From the NCBI GenBank assembly GCA_963779755.1, contig CAVZZO010000003.1, forward strand, positions 832,001 through 896,000: a DNA stretch of 64,000 nucleotides, given 5' to 3'. Every line of letters begins with the position of its first letter. Position 1 is the first letter of the stretch. Source of the DNA: an uncultured Gemmatimonadales bacterium (lineage in GTDB: Bacteria > Gemmatimonadota > Gemmatimonadetes > Gemmatimonadales > GWC2-71-9). Shown piece by piece: positions 41,795 to 53,024 of this stretch. The translations under genes and the position numbers were made by a program. Under the pieces are notes generated by a model. The model saw only the letters and a program-made list of their open reading frames with translations, did no database searches and was not told where the DNA came from.

Positions 41795-43450
41795 GTGCAT
41801 CGTAGCCGCTCCGGGGCGTACGCCCTTGGCCTGATGCTGCTCACTCTTCTGGCCGCCTGCGGCCGGGGCGAGCCCTCCGGCGATACCGGCGGCAGCATGG
41901 TTATCGCGATCGGCGATGATCCCGATGCCCCCATTCCCACGCTTCCGCTGAACGGGGCCGACCTCGAGGTCGAGGATCTCCTCTTCCTCCGTCTGGCCGA
42001 TATCGGCCCCGGCCTCAATACCCTGGGCGACAGCGGATTCGTGCCCAGGCTGGCGCGCCGCTGGGAACGGCGCGACAGCGTCACCATCGCCTTCACCATC
42101 GATAGCCGCGCGCGCTGGCATGACGGCACCCCGGTAACCGCCGGCGATGTCGCCTTCACGTTCGAGCGGGCCCGCTCCACCAATCCGCAGCTCGCGACCG
42201 CGCTGCACCGGGTTGCCTCGGTCACGGCGGAAAACGATTCCACCGCCGTCTTCCGTTTCGTCGGGGCCTATCCCGAGCAGATGTACGATGCGACCTACCA
42301 GCTGCTGCCTCTGCCGGCACACCTGCTGCGCCATGTGGCGCCGGACAGCCTCGCGACCTCGGACTACGCCCGGGCCCCGGTGGGCGACGGGCCCTACCGC
42401 TGGGTGCGCCATGTGCCGGACCAGCTGCTCGAGCTGCAGGCGGTCGACAGTTTCTACCTCGGCCGCCCCGCGCTGCGCCGTGTCATCTTTCGCGTGGCCA
42501 AGGACCACGAGGCGATGCTCAACCTGGTGTTGAGCGGCGAAGCGGATGCGGCGGAGAACCTCACCGTCAGTGACCTCCCCAGAGTCGAGGCCGATTCCCA
42601 GCTGCGGGTGGCGGCGGTGCCCTCTTCCTACCTGACCTACATGTTGTTCAACCAGCGCGCCCGGAGGGATCGGAGACGTCCCCATCCCATTCTGGCCGAT
42701 TCGATGGTCCGCCGCGCCCTGGTCCTGGCCCTGGACCGGCCGTTGATGGCCGAGGCGGTGTACGGCGGTTATGCCACGGTCCCCACCGGCCCCCTGCCGC
42801 AGACGCTCTCCTGGGCGGCCGATCCGGCCCGGAGCGTGGAGCCGTCGGACACCGGCGCCGCCCGGGCGCTGCTGGCACAGGCCGGCTGGATGGACCATGA
42901 CGGCGACGGCATTCTGGACAAGAGCGGCCGGCCGCTCGAGCTCACCGCCAATATCCCGGCCCAGTCGACCACCCGGGTGCAACTGGCGCAGCAGATCCAA
43001 CAGCGCCTGCGGGGGCTGGGCATCAAGATCAACCTCTCCACCGTCGATTTCCCGGTCTTCGTGGCCCGGCGGAACGCAGGAGATTTCGACCTCGACTTCG
43101 GGGCGGCCAACATGGATCCGACGCCGTCCGGCCTGCAAAACAGCTGGACCTGTGCCACCGCCGGCAAGGCGGACCAGAACGTCGCGAGCTACTGCGACCA
43201 GGCGGTGGACTCGCTGCTCGCGCGGGCGGGCAGCGCCGCGGGAGGCACCCTGGGCCTCTATCGCGCGGCAGTCACCCGGATCGACCAGGACCGGCCGGCG
43301 GCGTTCCTGGCTGCCCCGGCGACGCTGGTCGCCGTGCACCGGCGCTTCCAGGACGTCTCCTTCTCGCCGCTGTCGCTCTGGAGCGAAATCTGGCGCTGGA
43401 AGGTGAAGCCCGGGGCACAACTCCGCCGGGACGGGAGCGGAACCCCCTGA
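41795..43450 (+). CDS. Peptide ABC transporter substrate-binding lipoprotein
   Basis: LLAAC lipobox, WHDGTPVTAGDVAFT, PVGDGPY. Confidence 0.9.
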   Translation: MHRSRSGAYALGLMLLTLLAACGRGEPSGDTGGSMVIAIGDDPDAPIPTLPLNGADLEVEDLLFLRLADIGPGLNTLGDSGFVPRLARRWERRDSVTIAFTIDSRARWHDGTPVTAGDVAFTFERARSTNPQLATALHRVASVTAENDSTAVFRFVGAYPEQMYDATYQLLPLPAHLLRHVAPDSLATSDYARAPVGDGPYRWVRHVPDQLLELQAVDSFYLGRPALRRVIFRVAKDHEAMLNLVLSGEADAAENLTVSDLPRVEADSQLRVAAVPSSYLTYMLFNQRARRDRRRPHPILADSMVRRALVLALDRPLMAEAVYGGYATVPTGPLPQTLSWAADPARSVEPSDTGAARALLAQAGWMDHDGDGILDKSGRPLELTANIPAQSTTRVQLAQQIQQRLRGLGIKINLSTVDFPVFVARRNAGDFDLDFGAANMDPTPSGLQNSWTCATAGKADQNVASYCDQAVDSLLARAGSAAGGTLGLYRAAVTRIDQDRPAAFLAAPATLVAVHRRFQDVSFSPLSLWSEIWRWKVKPGAQLRRDGSGTP

Positions 43451-43451
43451 C

Positions 43452-44426
43452 GTGATCCGCTGGCTCCTGGGCCGGAGCGCGCAGGCGGTGGTCACCATGC
43501 TGGTGGCCATGACCTTGCTCTTCTTCCTCATGCGCGCCGCCCCGGGCGATCCCGTGGCGCTGCTGGCCGGCGAACGGCTGGCCACCCCGGAGGAGCTGGC
43601 CCGGCTGCGCGAGCGGTACGGCTTCGACCGGCCGGTGCTGGCCCAGTTCGCCACCTTCGTGGCCCAGGCGGCCCGCGGAAATCTCGGCACCAGCGTCAAA
43701 TATCATGGCCGCCCGGTCACTGCCCTCATCGCCGAGCGACTGCCCCGCACCCTGCTGCTGGGGGTGACGGTCCTGCTCTTCAATTTCACCGTGGGGATCT
43801 GGCTGGGGGCCTGGCAGGCGGTGCACAAGGACCGCCCCGGCGACCGGCTGCTCAGCACCGTGTCGCTGGTGGGCTATGCCATGCCGTCCTTCTGGCTGGG
43901 CCTGCTGCTCATCTGGGTCTTCGCGCTGCACTGGCGTCTCCTCCCTACCCAGGGCATCATCGACCCGCTGCTGTCGCCCGATGCGGGCACCCTCACCCGC
44001 GCGCTGGACGTGCTCCGGCACCTGGTGCTTCCCGCGCTGACGCTGAGCGTCGTCAGTGTCGCCGCCACCATGCGGCACCAGCGCAGCGCCATGCTCGAGG
44101 TCCTGCGGCTGGATTTCGTGCGTACCGCCCGCGCCAAGGGGTTGCCGGAGCGGCAGGTTCTCCGGCGGCATGCCTGGCGGAACGCCCTCTTTCCCGTCCT
44201 CACGCTCTTCGGCCTCTGGCTGCCGGTGCTGGCGACGGGGTCGGTCTACGTCGAGTACGTGTTCAGCTGGGCCGGGCTGGGGCAGCTCGCCGCCGAGGCC
44301 ATCTCCTGGCGCGACTACAACGTGCTGATGGGCACGGGGCTCCTGGTGTCCGCCCTGGTGGTGCTGGGCGGGCTGCTGACCGATGTGGCCTATCAGCTGC
44401 TCGATCCCCGGGTGCGCGCCCGATGA
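43452..44426 (+). CDS. Peptide ABC permease (DppB/OppB-like)
   Basis: PGDP, PSFWLG, FVRTARAKG, LDPRV. Confidence 0.93.
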   Translation: MIRWLLGRSAQAVVTMLVAMTLLFFLMRAAPGDPVALLAGERLATPEELARLRERYGFDRPVLAQFATFVAQAARGNLGTSVKYHGRPVTALIAERLPRTLLLGVTVLLFNFTVGIWLGAWQAVHKDRPGDRLLSTVSLVGYAMPSFWLGLLLIWVFALHWRLLPTQGIIDPLLSPDAGTLTRALDVLRHLVLPALTLSVVSVAATMRHQRSAMLEVLRLDFVRTARAKGLPERQVLRRHAWRNALFPVLTLFGLWLPVLATGSVYVEYVFSWAGLGQLAAEAISWRDYNVLMGTGLLVSALVVLGGLLTDVAYQLLDPRVRAR

Positions 44427-45265
44427 CCGGCGCCCTGCTGGAGGGAATGCGCCGGGCCTGGCGCTCGCCCGCGGGGCGCGCGGGCGCCCTCCTGCTCCTG
44501 GTCATGATCCTGCTGGTGCTCCTGCTGCCCTTCTTCCTCCCGGATCCGGCCGCGCAGCCCTGCCTGCTCTGCCGGGCCCAGCCGCCCAGCCTGGCACACC
44601 CGTTCGGCACCGACCAGCTGAGCCGCGACGTGCTGTCCCGGGTCATGTGGGGCGGGCGCGTCTCGCTCAGCGTGGCCCTGCTCGCCGTGCTGGTCGCCAT
44701 GAGCCTGGGCGCCCTGGTCGGTCTTCTGGCCGGCTACCTGGGGGGCTGGCTCGACGTGCTGCTGATGCGCCTGGTGGACGGCGCGCTGGCGGTGCCCCGG
44801 CTGTTTCTGCTGCTGCTGGTGCTGGTCGCCTGGGAACGGGTTCCGCTGGGGGCGCTGATTCTCCTGCTGGGCATCACCGGATGGTTCGGCACCAGCCGGC
44901 TGGTGCGGGGCGAAGTGCTGCGCCTGCGGGACGAGGCCTTCGTTCAGGCCGCCGAAGCGCTGGGCGTGCGCCGGCGCCGCATTATCTTCCGGCACCTGTT
45001 GCCCAACACCATGGGCCCGCTGCTGGTCGCCGCCACCCTGGCGGTGGGAGACGTCATCCTGCTGGAAGCCGGCCTCTCCTTTCTTGGCGTCGGCATCCAG
45101 CCGCCCCGGCCCTCGTGGGGCGGCATGATCCTCGACGCCAAGGGCGCGCTGCTGACGCAGCCCTGGACCAGTGTCTTTCCCGGCCTGGCCATCGTGCTGG
45201 TGGTGCTGGGCGTGAATCTCTTCGGCGACGCCCTGCGTGACGCCCTCGATCCCCGGAGTGCATGA
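44423..45265 (+). CDS. Peptide ABC permease (DppC/OppC-like)
   Basis: [27 protein letters not shown]. Confidence 0.93.
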   Translation: MTGALLEGMRRAWRSPAGRAGALLLLVMILLVLLLPFFLPDPAAQPCLLCRAQPPSLAHPFGTDQLSRDVLSRVMWGGRVSLSVALLAVLVAMSLGALVGLLAGYLGGWLDVLLMRLVDGALAVPRLFLLLLVLVAWERVPLGALILLLGITGWFGTSRLVRGEVLRLRDEAFVQAAEALGVRRRRIIFRHLLPNTMGPLLVAATLAVGDVILLEAGLSFLGVGIQPPRPSWGGMILDAKGALLTQPWTSVFPGLAIVLVVLGVNLFGDALRDALDPRSA

Positions 45266-46239
45266 CCCCGCTGCTGGAAGTCTCCGATCTCCGCGTCACC
45301 TTCCCCGCCGGGGGCCGCCGGTCCGTTCCGGTCGACGGCGTGAGCTTCCGCATCATCCAGGGGGAGATGCTGGCCCTGGTGGGCGAGTCGGGTTGCGGCA
45401 AGAGCCTCACCAGCCTGGCCCTGCTCCGCCTGGTGCCGCCCCCGGGACGGATCGAAGAGAGCAGCCGTATCCTGCTCGACGGGCGCGACGTGCTGGCGCT
45501 GGACGACGCGGGGCTGCGCAACGTGCGCGGCCGGCACATCGGCATGGTCTTCCAGGACCCGATGACCAGCCTCAACCCCGTCTTCCGTGTGGGCGAGCAG
45601 ATCGCCGAGGGGATTCGCACCCACTTTCCCGTATCGCGCCGCGAGGCCATGGACCGCTCCATCGCGCTGCTGCGGGAAGTCGGCATTCCCGATCCGGCCG
45701 GCCGGGCCCGCCAGTATCCCCACCAGATGAGCGGCGGTATGCGGCAGCGCGTCATGATCGCGATTGCGCTCGCCTGTGAGCCCGACCTGCTTATCGCCGA
45801 CGAGCCGACCACCGCGCTGGACGTCACCGTCCAGGCCCAGATTCTCGAAATTCTGGACCAGCTGCGCCGGGCTCGTGGCATGGCCGTCCTGCTCATCACC
45901 CACGATCTCGGGATCGTCGCCGGCCGGGCCGACCGTGTGGCCGTGATGTACGCGGGACAGATCGTAGAGCAATGTCCCACCCCCCAGCTCTTCGCCCGGC
46001 CGTCCCATCCCTATACCCGGGGCCTCCTGGCCTCGGTGCCGAGGATTTCGGGTGCGCGGCAGCGGCTGCAGCCCATCGGCGGCACCGTCCCCACGCCCGA
46101 TGCGTGGCCGGAGGGCTGCCGGTTCCGCCCCCGCTGTCCCAAGGCCTTCGAGCCCTGCATCACCCAGCCCCCGCCGCTCGAGGTCGAGCCGGAGCACTGG
46201 ATGCGCTGCTGGCTGGCGAACCATCCGGAGGCCCGGTGA
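45262..46239 (+). CDS. Peptide ABC ATPase (DppD/OppD-like)
   Basis: [28 protein letters not shown]. Confidence 0.95.
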   Translation: MTPLLEVSDLRVTFPAGGRRSVPVDGVSFRIIQGEMLALVGESGCGKSLTSLALLRLVPPPGRIEESSRILLDGRDVLALDDAGLRNVRGRHIGMVFQDPMTSLNPVFRVGEQIAEGIRTHFPVSRREAMDRSIALLREVGIPDPAGRARQYPHQMSGGMRQRVMIAIALACEPDLLIADEPTTALDVTVQAQILEILDQLRRARGMAVLLITHDLGIVAGRADRVAVMYAGQIVEQCPTPQLFARPSHPYTRGLLASVPRISGARQRLQPIGGTVPTPDAWPEGCRFRPRCPKAFEPCITQPPPLEVEPEHWMRCWLANHPEAR

Positions 46240-47249
46240 CCGGCGCGGAGGCTCCCCTGGTCCAGGTGCGCGGCCTGGTCAAGCACTTCGGCAACGCCAC
46301 CGGCCTGCTGGGTCGGCAGGGGCCGCCGGTCCGCGCCGTGGACGGCGTGAGCTTCGAGATCGCGCGGGGGGAAACGCTGGCGCTGGTGGGCGAATCGGGC
46401 TGCGGCAAGTCCACCACCGGCCGCACCATTCTGCGGCTGCTGGAGCCGACGGCAGGCCGGGTGTTGTTCGAGGGCCACGACATCTTCTCCCTCGAGCGCG
46501 GCGCGCTCCGGGCGCTGCGGCGCCGGATGCAGATCATCTTCCAGGACCCCTACAGCTCCCTCAACCCCCGCATGACCGTGGGCGCCGCCATCGCGGAAGG
46601 CCTGGAGATTCACCGGCTGGCTCGAGGCAGGGAAATCGGCCGCCGGGTGGGGGCGCTGCTGGAAGAGGTGGGGCTCGACCCCTCCTTCGCCGGCCGCTAT
46701 CCCCATGAATTCTCCGGCGGCCAGCGCCAGCGGATCGGCATCGCGCGCGCCCTGGCGGTGGAGCCCGCGTTCATCGTCTGTGACGAACCGGTGAGCGCGC
46801 TCGACGTATCGGTCCAGGCGCAGGTATTGAACCTGCTGGCCGATCTGCAGCAGCGGCGCGGGCTGTCGTATCTGTTCATCGCCCACGACCTGGCGGTAGT
46901 GCGGCAGATCGCCCATCGTGTCGCGGTCATGTACCTGGGGCATATTATCGAAACCGGCGCGACCGATGCCCTGTTGAGCGAGCCGCGGCATCCCTACACC
47001 CAGGCGCTGCTCTCCGCCGTGCCCGAGCCCGACCCGGACCGGCAGCGGGAGCGCATCGTCCTGACGGGCGACCTGCCCAGTCCGGCCGACCCGCCCTCCG
47101 GCTGCCCCTTCCATACCCGCTGTTTCCATCCCCTGCGCGACCAGCGCTGCGTGGACCAGGTGCCGCTGCTGCGAGCGGTGGGCCGCACCGAAGCGGCGTG
47201 CCATTATGCGGAGGTCGTTCCCGAGGTCGCACGGCCCGCGGCGCCGTAG
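46236..47249 (+). CDS. Peptide ABC ATPase (DppF/OppF-like)
   Basis: [34 protein letters not shown]. Confidence 0.95.
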   Translation: MTGAEAPLVQVRGLVKHFGNATGLLGRQGPPVRAVDGVSFEIARGETLALVGESGCGKSTTGRTILRLLEPTAGRVLFEGHDIFSLERGALRALRRRMQIIFQDPYSSLNPRMTVGAAIAEGLEIHRLARGREIGRRVGALLEEVGLDPSFAGRYPHEFSGGQRQRIGIARALAVEPAFIVCDEPVSALDVSVQAQVLNLLADLQQRRGLSYLFIAHDLAVVRQIAHRVAVMYLGHIIETGATDALLSEPRHPYTQALLSAVPEPDPDRQRERIVLTGDLPSPADPPSGCPFHTRCFHPLRDQRCVDQVPLLRAVGRTEAACHYAEVVPEVARPAAP

Positions 47250-47329
47250 CCGGACAGGTGCGCCCGGCGGCCATCTTGCGCCCCGGCACTCGGCCCCACG
47301 ATGTTTGCTGACTCGCCGGAGGATTACTC

Positions 47330-47719
47330 ATGCCACGCCTCAATGTACCGGCCGGCACCCAGTGGGAATCGGTCGTGGGATACAGCCGGGCCGTCCGGGT
47401 GGGGAACATCATCCACGTTGCCGGCACCACCGGCCTCGGCCCCGACGGCAGCCTGGTGGGCATCGGCGACCCTTACGCCCAGACGGTCCAGGCGCTGAAG
47501 AACATCGCCGGCGCTCTGGAAGCCGCCGGTGCCGGCCTGGCCGACGTGGTCCGCACCCGGGTCTTCGTGACGGACATCAGCCGCTGGGAAGCGGTCGGCC
47601 GGGCGCACGGCGAAGTCTTTGCCAATATCCGGCCCGCCAGTACCATGGTCGAGGTCGCGGCCCTCATCAGCCCCGAGATGCTGGTGGAGATCGAAGCCGA
47701 CGCACTGCTCCCCGCCTGA
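47330..47719 (+). CDS. RidA/YjgF family protein
   Basis: GYSRAVR, VAGTT, RPASTMVEV, VEIEA. Confidence 0.92.
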   Translation: MPRLNVPAGTQWESVVGYSRAVRVGNIIHVAGTTGLGPDGSLVGIGDPYAQTVQALKNIAGALEAAGAGLADVVRTRVFVTDISRWEAVGRAHGEVFANIRPASTMVEVAALISPEMLVEIEADALLPA

Positions 47720-47730
47720 CCGGAGACCGC

Positions 47731-48522
47731 ATGGCCCAGTCGATCGTCACCGTGGATGCCTTCGCCGATCACCGGTTCGCCGGCAACCCGGCCAGCGTCT
47801 GTCTGCTCGACGGACCAGCCGACGATCGCTGGATGCAGGCAGTCGCGCAGGAGATGAATCACAGCGAGACCGCCTTTCTGCATCCCGAAAACGACGGGTT
47901 CCGCCTCCGCTGGTTCACACCGACGGTCGAAGTCGACCTCTGCGGCCATGCCACCCTGGCCAGCGCCCACCTCCTGTGGGAGGACGGCGTGATTCCCAAA
48001 GGGCAGCCGGCGCGCTTCCATACCCGCAGCGGCCTGCTCACGGCGGCGCGCGAGCGCGGCTGGATCAACCTCGATTTCCCCGCTGAGCCCCCGGCCGAAA
48101 CCTCCGCGCCGCTCGAGCTCACCGAAGCGCTGGGCCTGGCCATGCACTACGTCGGCCGCAATCGCTTCGACTACCTGGTGGAGGTCGACAGCGAAAAACT
48201 GGTGCGCGATCTGGAACCCGATCTGAGCCTGCTCGAGTCCATCACCGCCCGCGGGTTCATCATCACGGCCGCCGCCGCCGAGGGCGCCGCCCACGACTTC
48301 GTCTCCCGCTTCTTCGCCCCGGGCGCCGGCGTCCGCGAGGACCCCGTCACCGGCAGCGCCCACTGCTGCCTCGGCCCCTACTGGGCGGAACGGCTGGGCC
48401 GGCAGGAGCTCATCGGCTATCAGGCCAGTACCCGCGGTGGCATCGTCCGCGTGCGCATGCAGGAAGATCGCGTGATCCTCGGCGGCCAGGCCGTAACGGT
48501 CATGCGGGGTACCCTGGTGTAA
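47731..48522 (+). CDS. PhzF family isomerase
   Basis: VDAF, GNPA, SETAF, LCGHATLA, EDPVTGSAH. Confidence 0.93.
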   Translation: MAQSIVTVDAFADHRFAGNPASVCLLDGPADDRWMQAVAQEMNHSETAFLHPENDGFRLRWFTPTVEVDLCGHATLASAHLLWEDGVIPKGQPARFHTRSGLLTAARERGWINLDFPAEPPAETSAPLELTEALGLAMHYVGRNRFDYLVEVDSEKLVRDLEPDLSLLESITARGFIITAAAAEGAAHDFVSRFFAPGAGVREDPVTGSAHCCLGPYWAERLGRQELIGYQASTRGGIVRVRMQEDRVILGGQAVTVMRGTLV

Positions 48523-48540
48523 GCCCATTCTGCCCACTCA

Positions 48541-48633
48541 ACGGACGTCTGCATCTCAATCGACATGGAAGGAGTCGCGGGGGCGGTGGAGTTTGCCCTC
48601 ACGGTGCACGCCGACATCGCGCCGGTGCCCGGG
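48541..48633 (+). pseudogene. Possible remnant of an M55 D-aminopeptidase (dppA-like)
   Basis: Translates TDVCISIDMEGVAGAV, matching the M55 N-terminal SxDMEG motif, with ACG in place of ATG. Confidence 0.5.
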
Positions 48634-48638
48634 CCGGG

Positions 48639-49835
48639 CTACTGCGGCGGTGCGATCTCCTGGGTATAGATCGCCACCGGCTCCAGGCTGTTGGAGCGCG
48701 AGCCGTTCCCCAGCTGACCGAACCCGTTCCACCCCCAGCACACCGGTTCTCCGCCGGTCGTCAGCCCACAGGTATGATTGCTGCCGGCCCGGGCCAGCCG
48801 GAACCGGTCGCCGCCGGTGACCGCCATCGGCTTCACCGTCGCGACCTGGCTCCCATAGCCGAGCTTCCCATAGGTGTTCGCCCCCCAGCAGTACAGCGTT
48901 CCATCGGAGGCCCACGCACACGCGTGATAGGACCCGACCGACAGGCCGCTGAACAACTCATTGGTGGCGACGGTTGTGGGCTCGAGCGCGTAGGTGGTCG
49001 AGCCGGAACCGTTCCCCAGCTCGAAGCTGATGTTGGAGCCCCAGCAGTAGGCGCGGCGGTCCTCACCCAGTGCGCAGGTGTGGAAACTTCCCGCGCCGAT
49101 TTGCGTGAAGCGGCGGGTCCCCTTGATCACGGTGGGTACCGAGCGCGCGTTGAGGTCGCCGGTGCCGAGTTCTCCGTAGAGGTTGTTACCCCAGCACCAT
49201 GCCTGACCCGCGGCCGTGAGGCCGCAGGTGTGAAACAGGCCCGTGGTAATGGTCTTGAAGCTCAGGCCCCCGGCCACCTGCACGGGGGCCGGCTGGTTGG
49301 TACGACTGCCGTCGCCCAGTTCCCCCTTCAGCCCCGATCCCCAGCACCAGGCGTGCCCCTGCGTATCCAGCCCGCAGGTGTATCCGGTACCGGCGCTGAG
49401 TTGGGTGAAATGCAGCCCGCCGACGACCGGCACGGGGGCCACGGCATGGACGGTGGTGCCGCCTTCCCCCAGGGCGCCGGTGGCGTTCGCACCCCAGCAA
49501 TACGCGTCGCCGTTCATCACCAGCCCGCAGGTGTGGCCGCTGCCGCCGACGAGACTGACAAAATGAAGGTTGCCCGACACCGGCTGCGGCGTGGTCCGAT
49601 CGACCGTTTCGCCGCTGCCCAGTTGGCCAAACGCGCCGCTGCCCCAGCACCAGGCCTCGCCCTCCCGTGTGAGCAGGCAGCCGTGGTCGTCACCCACCGT
49701 GAGGGAGACGACGTCCGTGGGAGACAGCTCCCCGGGTCCGGTGCTGTCGCTGCAGGCCAGGAACAGCGGAGCAGCCAGCAGCACCCCGAACCGGAGGGGG
49801 CGACACAGGACCATGAGCTGGCGGCTGGCGGGCAT
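48639..49835 (-). CDS. RCC1-repeat lipoprotein
   Basis: FLAC lipobox; seven HTC..CWG.N..GQLG-type repeats. Confidence 0.88.
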   Translation of the reverse strand: MPASRQLMVLCRPLRFGVLLAAPLFLACSDSTGPGELSPTDVVSLTVGDDHGCLLTREGEAWCWGSGAFGQLGSGETVDRTTPQPVSGNLHFVSLVGGSGHTCGLVMNGDAYCWGANATGALGEGGTTVHAVAPVPVVGGLHFTQLSAGTGYTCGLDTQGHAWCWGSGLKGELGDGSRTNQPAPVQVAGGLSFKTITTGLFHTCGLTAAGQAWCWGNNLYGELGTGDLNARSVPTVIKGTRRFTQIGAGSFHTCALGEDRRAYCWGSNISFELGNGSGSTTYALEPTTVATNELFSGLSVGSYHACAWASDGTLYCWGANTYGKLGYGSQVATVKPMAVTGGDRFRLARAGSNHTCGLTTGGEPVCWGWNGFGQLGNGSRSNSLEPVAIYTQEIAPPQ

Positions 49836-50078
49836 GATCGCTCCGACAGAACGGGGAGATATTTGCAAGCTACAGCGCGGCCCCAAGTGCGCCATACGCC
49901 GCCGTTACGTTCTGGAACAGCGGCACGAAACCGGGACTCGTTTCCTGGGGGACGCGCGTCCAGAAGCGGCGGCCACACATTGCACTCCTCTTCCCCTTGC
50001 GGAAGCCCAGTCCCGGAGTAGGCTAATGGGAAGCCCCCTGGGTCTTTCCGTCATTTCCGAGTCAGAGGCATTCCCCGT

Positions 50079-52952
50079 ATGACCTTCAATCGTCCTGGCA
50101 TCCGTCATGGGCCGAGGATCGGGCTTGTCCTGCTCACGACCGGATTGCTGGCCGCTCCGCTCTTCGCTCAGCAGTTCGTTACGGCACCGCCGGACAGCGC
50201 CGTCACTACGGTACGGCGGCTGGATGGCGCATTCATCGGCGACCTGCCCGCCGACAGCCTGGAGGATGCGTTCCTGCTGCTGCCGGGCATCACCGGCAGT
50301 CCGGCCGGCGAGTTGTCATTCCGGGGCGGGGCGCCGGGAGGCGCCCGCGTGTATGTGGACGGCATTCCTGTTTCCCCGGGCTTCAGGCGCGCCCCAGCGG
50401 GAGGAGGTCTGGCAGAAACCGTCAGACCCGCACTGGGGATCGGCACCAACGCCATCGACCATGCCGACATCGTCCTTGGCCCGATAGGAGCCGACTACGG
50501 CAATGCCAGAGACGGGGTGGTGCTCCTGCATACTCTGCGTGCGCCCGACCGTTGGACCGCCGGACTGTCCTATCAGACGGGCGAGGTGTTCGGTGCCGCG
50601 CACGATCCCGGTTCCAATCGGCTGCAGGGCACGGTCGGCGGCCGGCTTGGCGGCGGTTTCCAGCTGAGCCTGGCCGGAGTACTGCAGGGGCAGCGCTCCC
50701 CCGACAGCGGCCCGGGCAGCAACCAGGTCCCCATCTTTATCCAGGCCGGCATCGATACCACGGTGGCCGTGCCCAGCGCCATCCTCGACCCACTCGCCGA
50801 TACCACCTACGTGCCGATCGCCAAGTTTGCGGTCTACCGTGGCGACTGCGGAATGTTCGCCGGCAGCAGCAATGCCGACATCGCCGCCAATGCCGGCCGG
50901 AGCTGCCACGGCATCCGCCTCCCGGAAGCCCAGCGGACGGACTATCAGACCCTGGGGAAGCTCGATTATCAGATCGGCGCCGGCTCCCGCCTCTCGCTGC
51001 TCGCCCTGGCCAGCCAGCACCAGGCCCGGGAGTTCGACTACGATCTTCTCTACAACCCGGTCGCCTGGGCCGGCACCCGTGAGTGGAGCCGGATGCTGGG
51101 CCTGGTCTATGACGGCGCGGGCCGGCTGGGCAGCCACCCGGCCGCCTTCCACGCCTTCGCATCCTGGCAGACGGACCGCGCGCTCTCGGGGCCGCTCGGG
51201 ACCCGGCCGACACCGGTGCAGGGGTGGATGGTCGGCGGGCTCGATTTCCGCTGGCATTTCTCGAACTTTGCGCTGAACGATCAGCTGATCACCAACATCC
51301 GGGAGAACATTCCCAACAGCCGGCGCAGCCCGTACGACCTGGAAAACCGGGACCAGTACTCCTACATCGACCAGTACCGCAACGACGCCTATGGCCTCAC
51401 CGGCTTTGTGGAAAGCGGCGGCCCCCAGGGCCGGCTCACCATGTTGCGGGAGAACCGCACGCTGGTGGGCGGCTCGGCGGCGCTGGGACTGAGCGACGCG
51501 CTGACCCTGCGGGCCGGCGGCGAATACACCGGGAGCTCCATCGACAACTACAGCCATGCCCTGGTCAGCCAGACCTTCGCCGAGGCCTGGCTGGAGAACC
51601 CCAATCAGGCCGCCCTCTGGGTGGCGCCCCGGCTGCATACCGCGGGAATCACCCTCGACCTGGGTCTGCGCTACGATCGCTTCAACTCCGGCGCGGCCCG
51701 GCCCTATATGCTGGACACCGTCGGCACCAGCCCGGGGTTCGGCACTTACAGCTACTTCCCCCGGCCCAACAGCTACGGCACGGGCGGAGCGACCCTGGGG
51801 GGCAAGCCGCTGGTGCTCTACGTACCGGACCAGGCACACAGCGCCCTGAGCCCCCGGTTGCGGCTGGCCGCCATGATTCCCGGGGCGATCCATCTCCACG
51901 CCGGCTATGCGCGCCAGACGCAGATCCCCCGGTTCCAGGATCTCTACAGCGGCCTCAATACCGATCTCTCGATCACCAGCGTATTGCATCCCTACGGCAC
52001 GGACCTGGGGTTCGAGCGCCAGGATGTGATGGAATTCGGCGCCGCCCACCGCCTCGTGTCCGGCCTCACGCTGGACGCGACGGTCTACCACAAGAGCCTG
52101 GACCGGGTCGTCACGGCGGCGCTGCTACCGCTGGCCGACCCGCAGCGGCTGGGCGCGTCCGTGGACCTCCGCCAATTCGTGCTGCTGGATGGCGGAAGCG
52201 TTACCGGGGCGGACCTCGCGCTGCGTGGCCGGACCGGCCACCTGCACGGCATGATCGGCTACAGCTACGCCGACGCGAAGACGGCGAACGACACGCCATC
52301 CGGCGCGAGCCGCCCCAACAGCGTAGCCGGTGCCCTGGCGCTTACCCTCCCCGCCGACTGGCATGCCGGCAGCCTGCCCGGAGCCCTCCTGGGGCATACC
52401 GACATGACGGCAGCCTTCCGCTACGCCAGCGGGGCGTACAACGGTGGACTCGTCGGGAGCCGGCTTCCGTCGTTCAGCCGGGTGGACCTCCGCCTGGTCC
52501 GCGGGTTCACCGTGGCGGGCCACACCCTCAGCGCGTTCCTCGACGTCCGGAATCTGCTGAATCACGTCAATACCCTGGCGGTGTTCGCCACCACCGGCAC
52601 CACCACCAGTGCGGAGGCCCTTGACCTCGCCTGGCAGGTCGACAGTTCCAATTTTGCCAACGAGGGGAAGGCCAACGGGGTCTACGATGTCGCCACCGGC
52701 GAGATCAATCTGACCTTCGGCGGAGCCGCAGCCAGCGGGTGCGGCAACTGGGTGAACGCGCAGAATGAGCCCGCCGCGCCGAATTGCGTGTACCTGATCC
52801 GCGCGGAAGAGCGCTTCGGGAATGGCGACGGGATCCTGAGTCCGGGCGAGCAGCAGCGCGCCTCGGATGCGCTCGCCCGGGTCGGGCTGGGCAGCTACAA
52901 TCTGGAAGGACCGCCGCGCCGGCTCCGCCTGGGCCTGCAGGTCGGGCTCTGA
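50079..52952 (+). CDS. TonB-dependent receptor-like outer-membrane protein
   Basis: Signal peptide, plug-like FRGG...VYVDGIP...ADYGNA, LGLRYD, SPRL, VRNLLN, C-terminal PRRLRLGLQVGL. Confidence 0.8.
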   Translation: MTFNRPGIRHGPRIGLVLLTTGLLAAPLFAQQFVTAPPDSAVTTVRRLDGAFIGDLPADSLEDAFLLLPGITGSPAGELSFRGGAPGGARVYVDGIPVSPGFRRAPAGGGLAETVRPALGIGTNAIDHADIVLGPIGADYGNARDGVVLLHTLRAPDRWTAGLSYQTGEVFGAAHDPGSNRLQGTVGGRLGGGFQLSLAGVLQGQRSPDSGPGSNQVPIFIQAGIDTTVAVPSAILDPLADTTYVPIAKFAVYRGDCGMFAGSSNADIAANAGRSCHGIRLPEAQRTDYQTLGKLDYQIGAGSRLSLLALASQHQAREFDYDLLYNPVAWAGTREWSRMLGLVYDGAGRLGSHPAAFHAFASWQTDRALSGPLGTRPTPVQGWMVGGLDFRWHFSNFALNDQLITNIRENIPNSRRSPYDLENRDQYSYIDQYRNDAYGLTGFVESGGPQGRLTMLRENRTLVGGSAALGLSDALTLRAGGEYTGSSIDNYSHALVSQTFAEAWLENPNQAALWVAPRLHTAGITLDLGLRYDRFNSGAARPYMLDTVGTSPGFGTYSYFPRPNSYGTGGATLGGKPLVLYVPDQAHSALSPRLRLAAMIPGAIHLHAGYARQTQIPRFQDLYSGLNTDLSITSVLHPYGTDLGFERQDVMEFGAAHRLVSGLTLDATVYHKSLDRVVTAALLPLADPQRLGASVDLRQFVLLDGGSVTGADLALRGRTGHLHGMIGYSYADAKTANDTPSGASRPNSVAGALALTLPADWHAGSLPGALLGHTDMTAAFRYASGAYNGGLVGSRLPSFSRVDLRLVRGFTVAGHTLSAFLDVRNLLNHVNTLAVFATTGTTTSAEALDLAWQVDSSNFANEGKANGVYDVATGEINLTFGGAAASGCGNWVNAQNEPAAPNCVYLIRAEERFGNGDGILSPGEQQRASDALARVGLGSYNLEGPPRRLRLGLQVGL

Positions 52953-53024
52953 CGCTCAGGAACCGGTCTGGCCCGGCGTGGGCCCGGGCCGCGGCAACAT
53001 TCGCGGCAGGGGAGCGTGGCGGCC

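Noticed and set aside
49836..50078. Cobalamin or other riboswitch upstream of the TonB receptor
   Set aside because: No B12-box or other known aptamer motif recognised.
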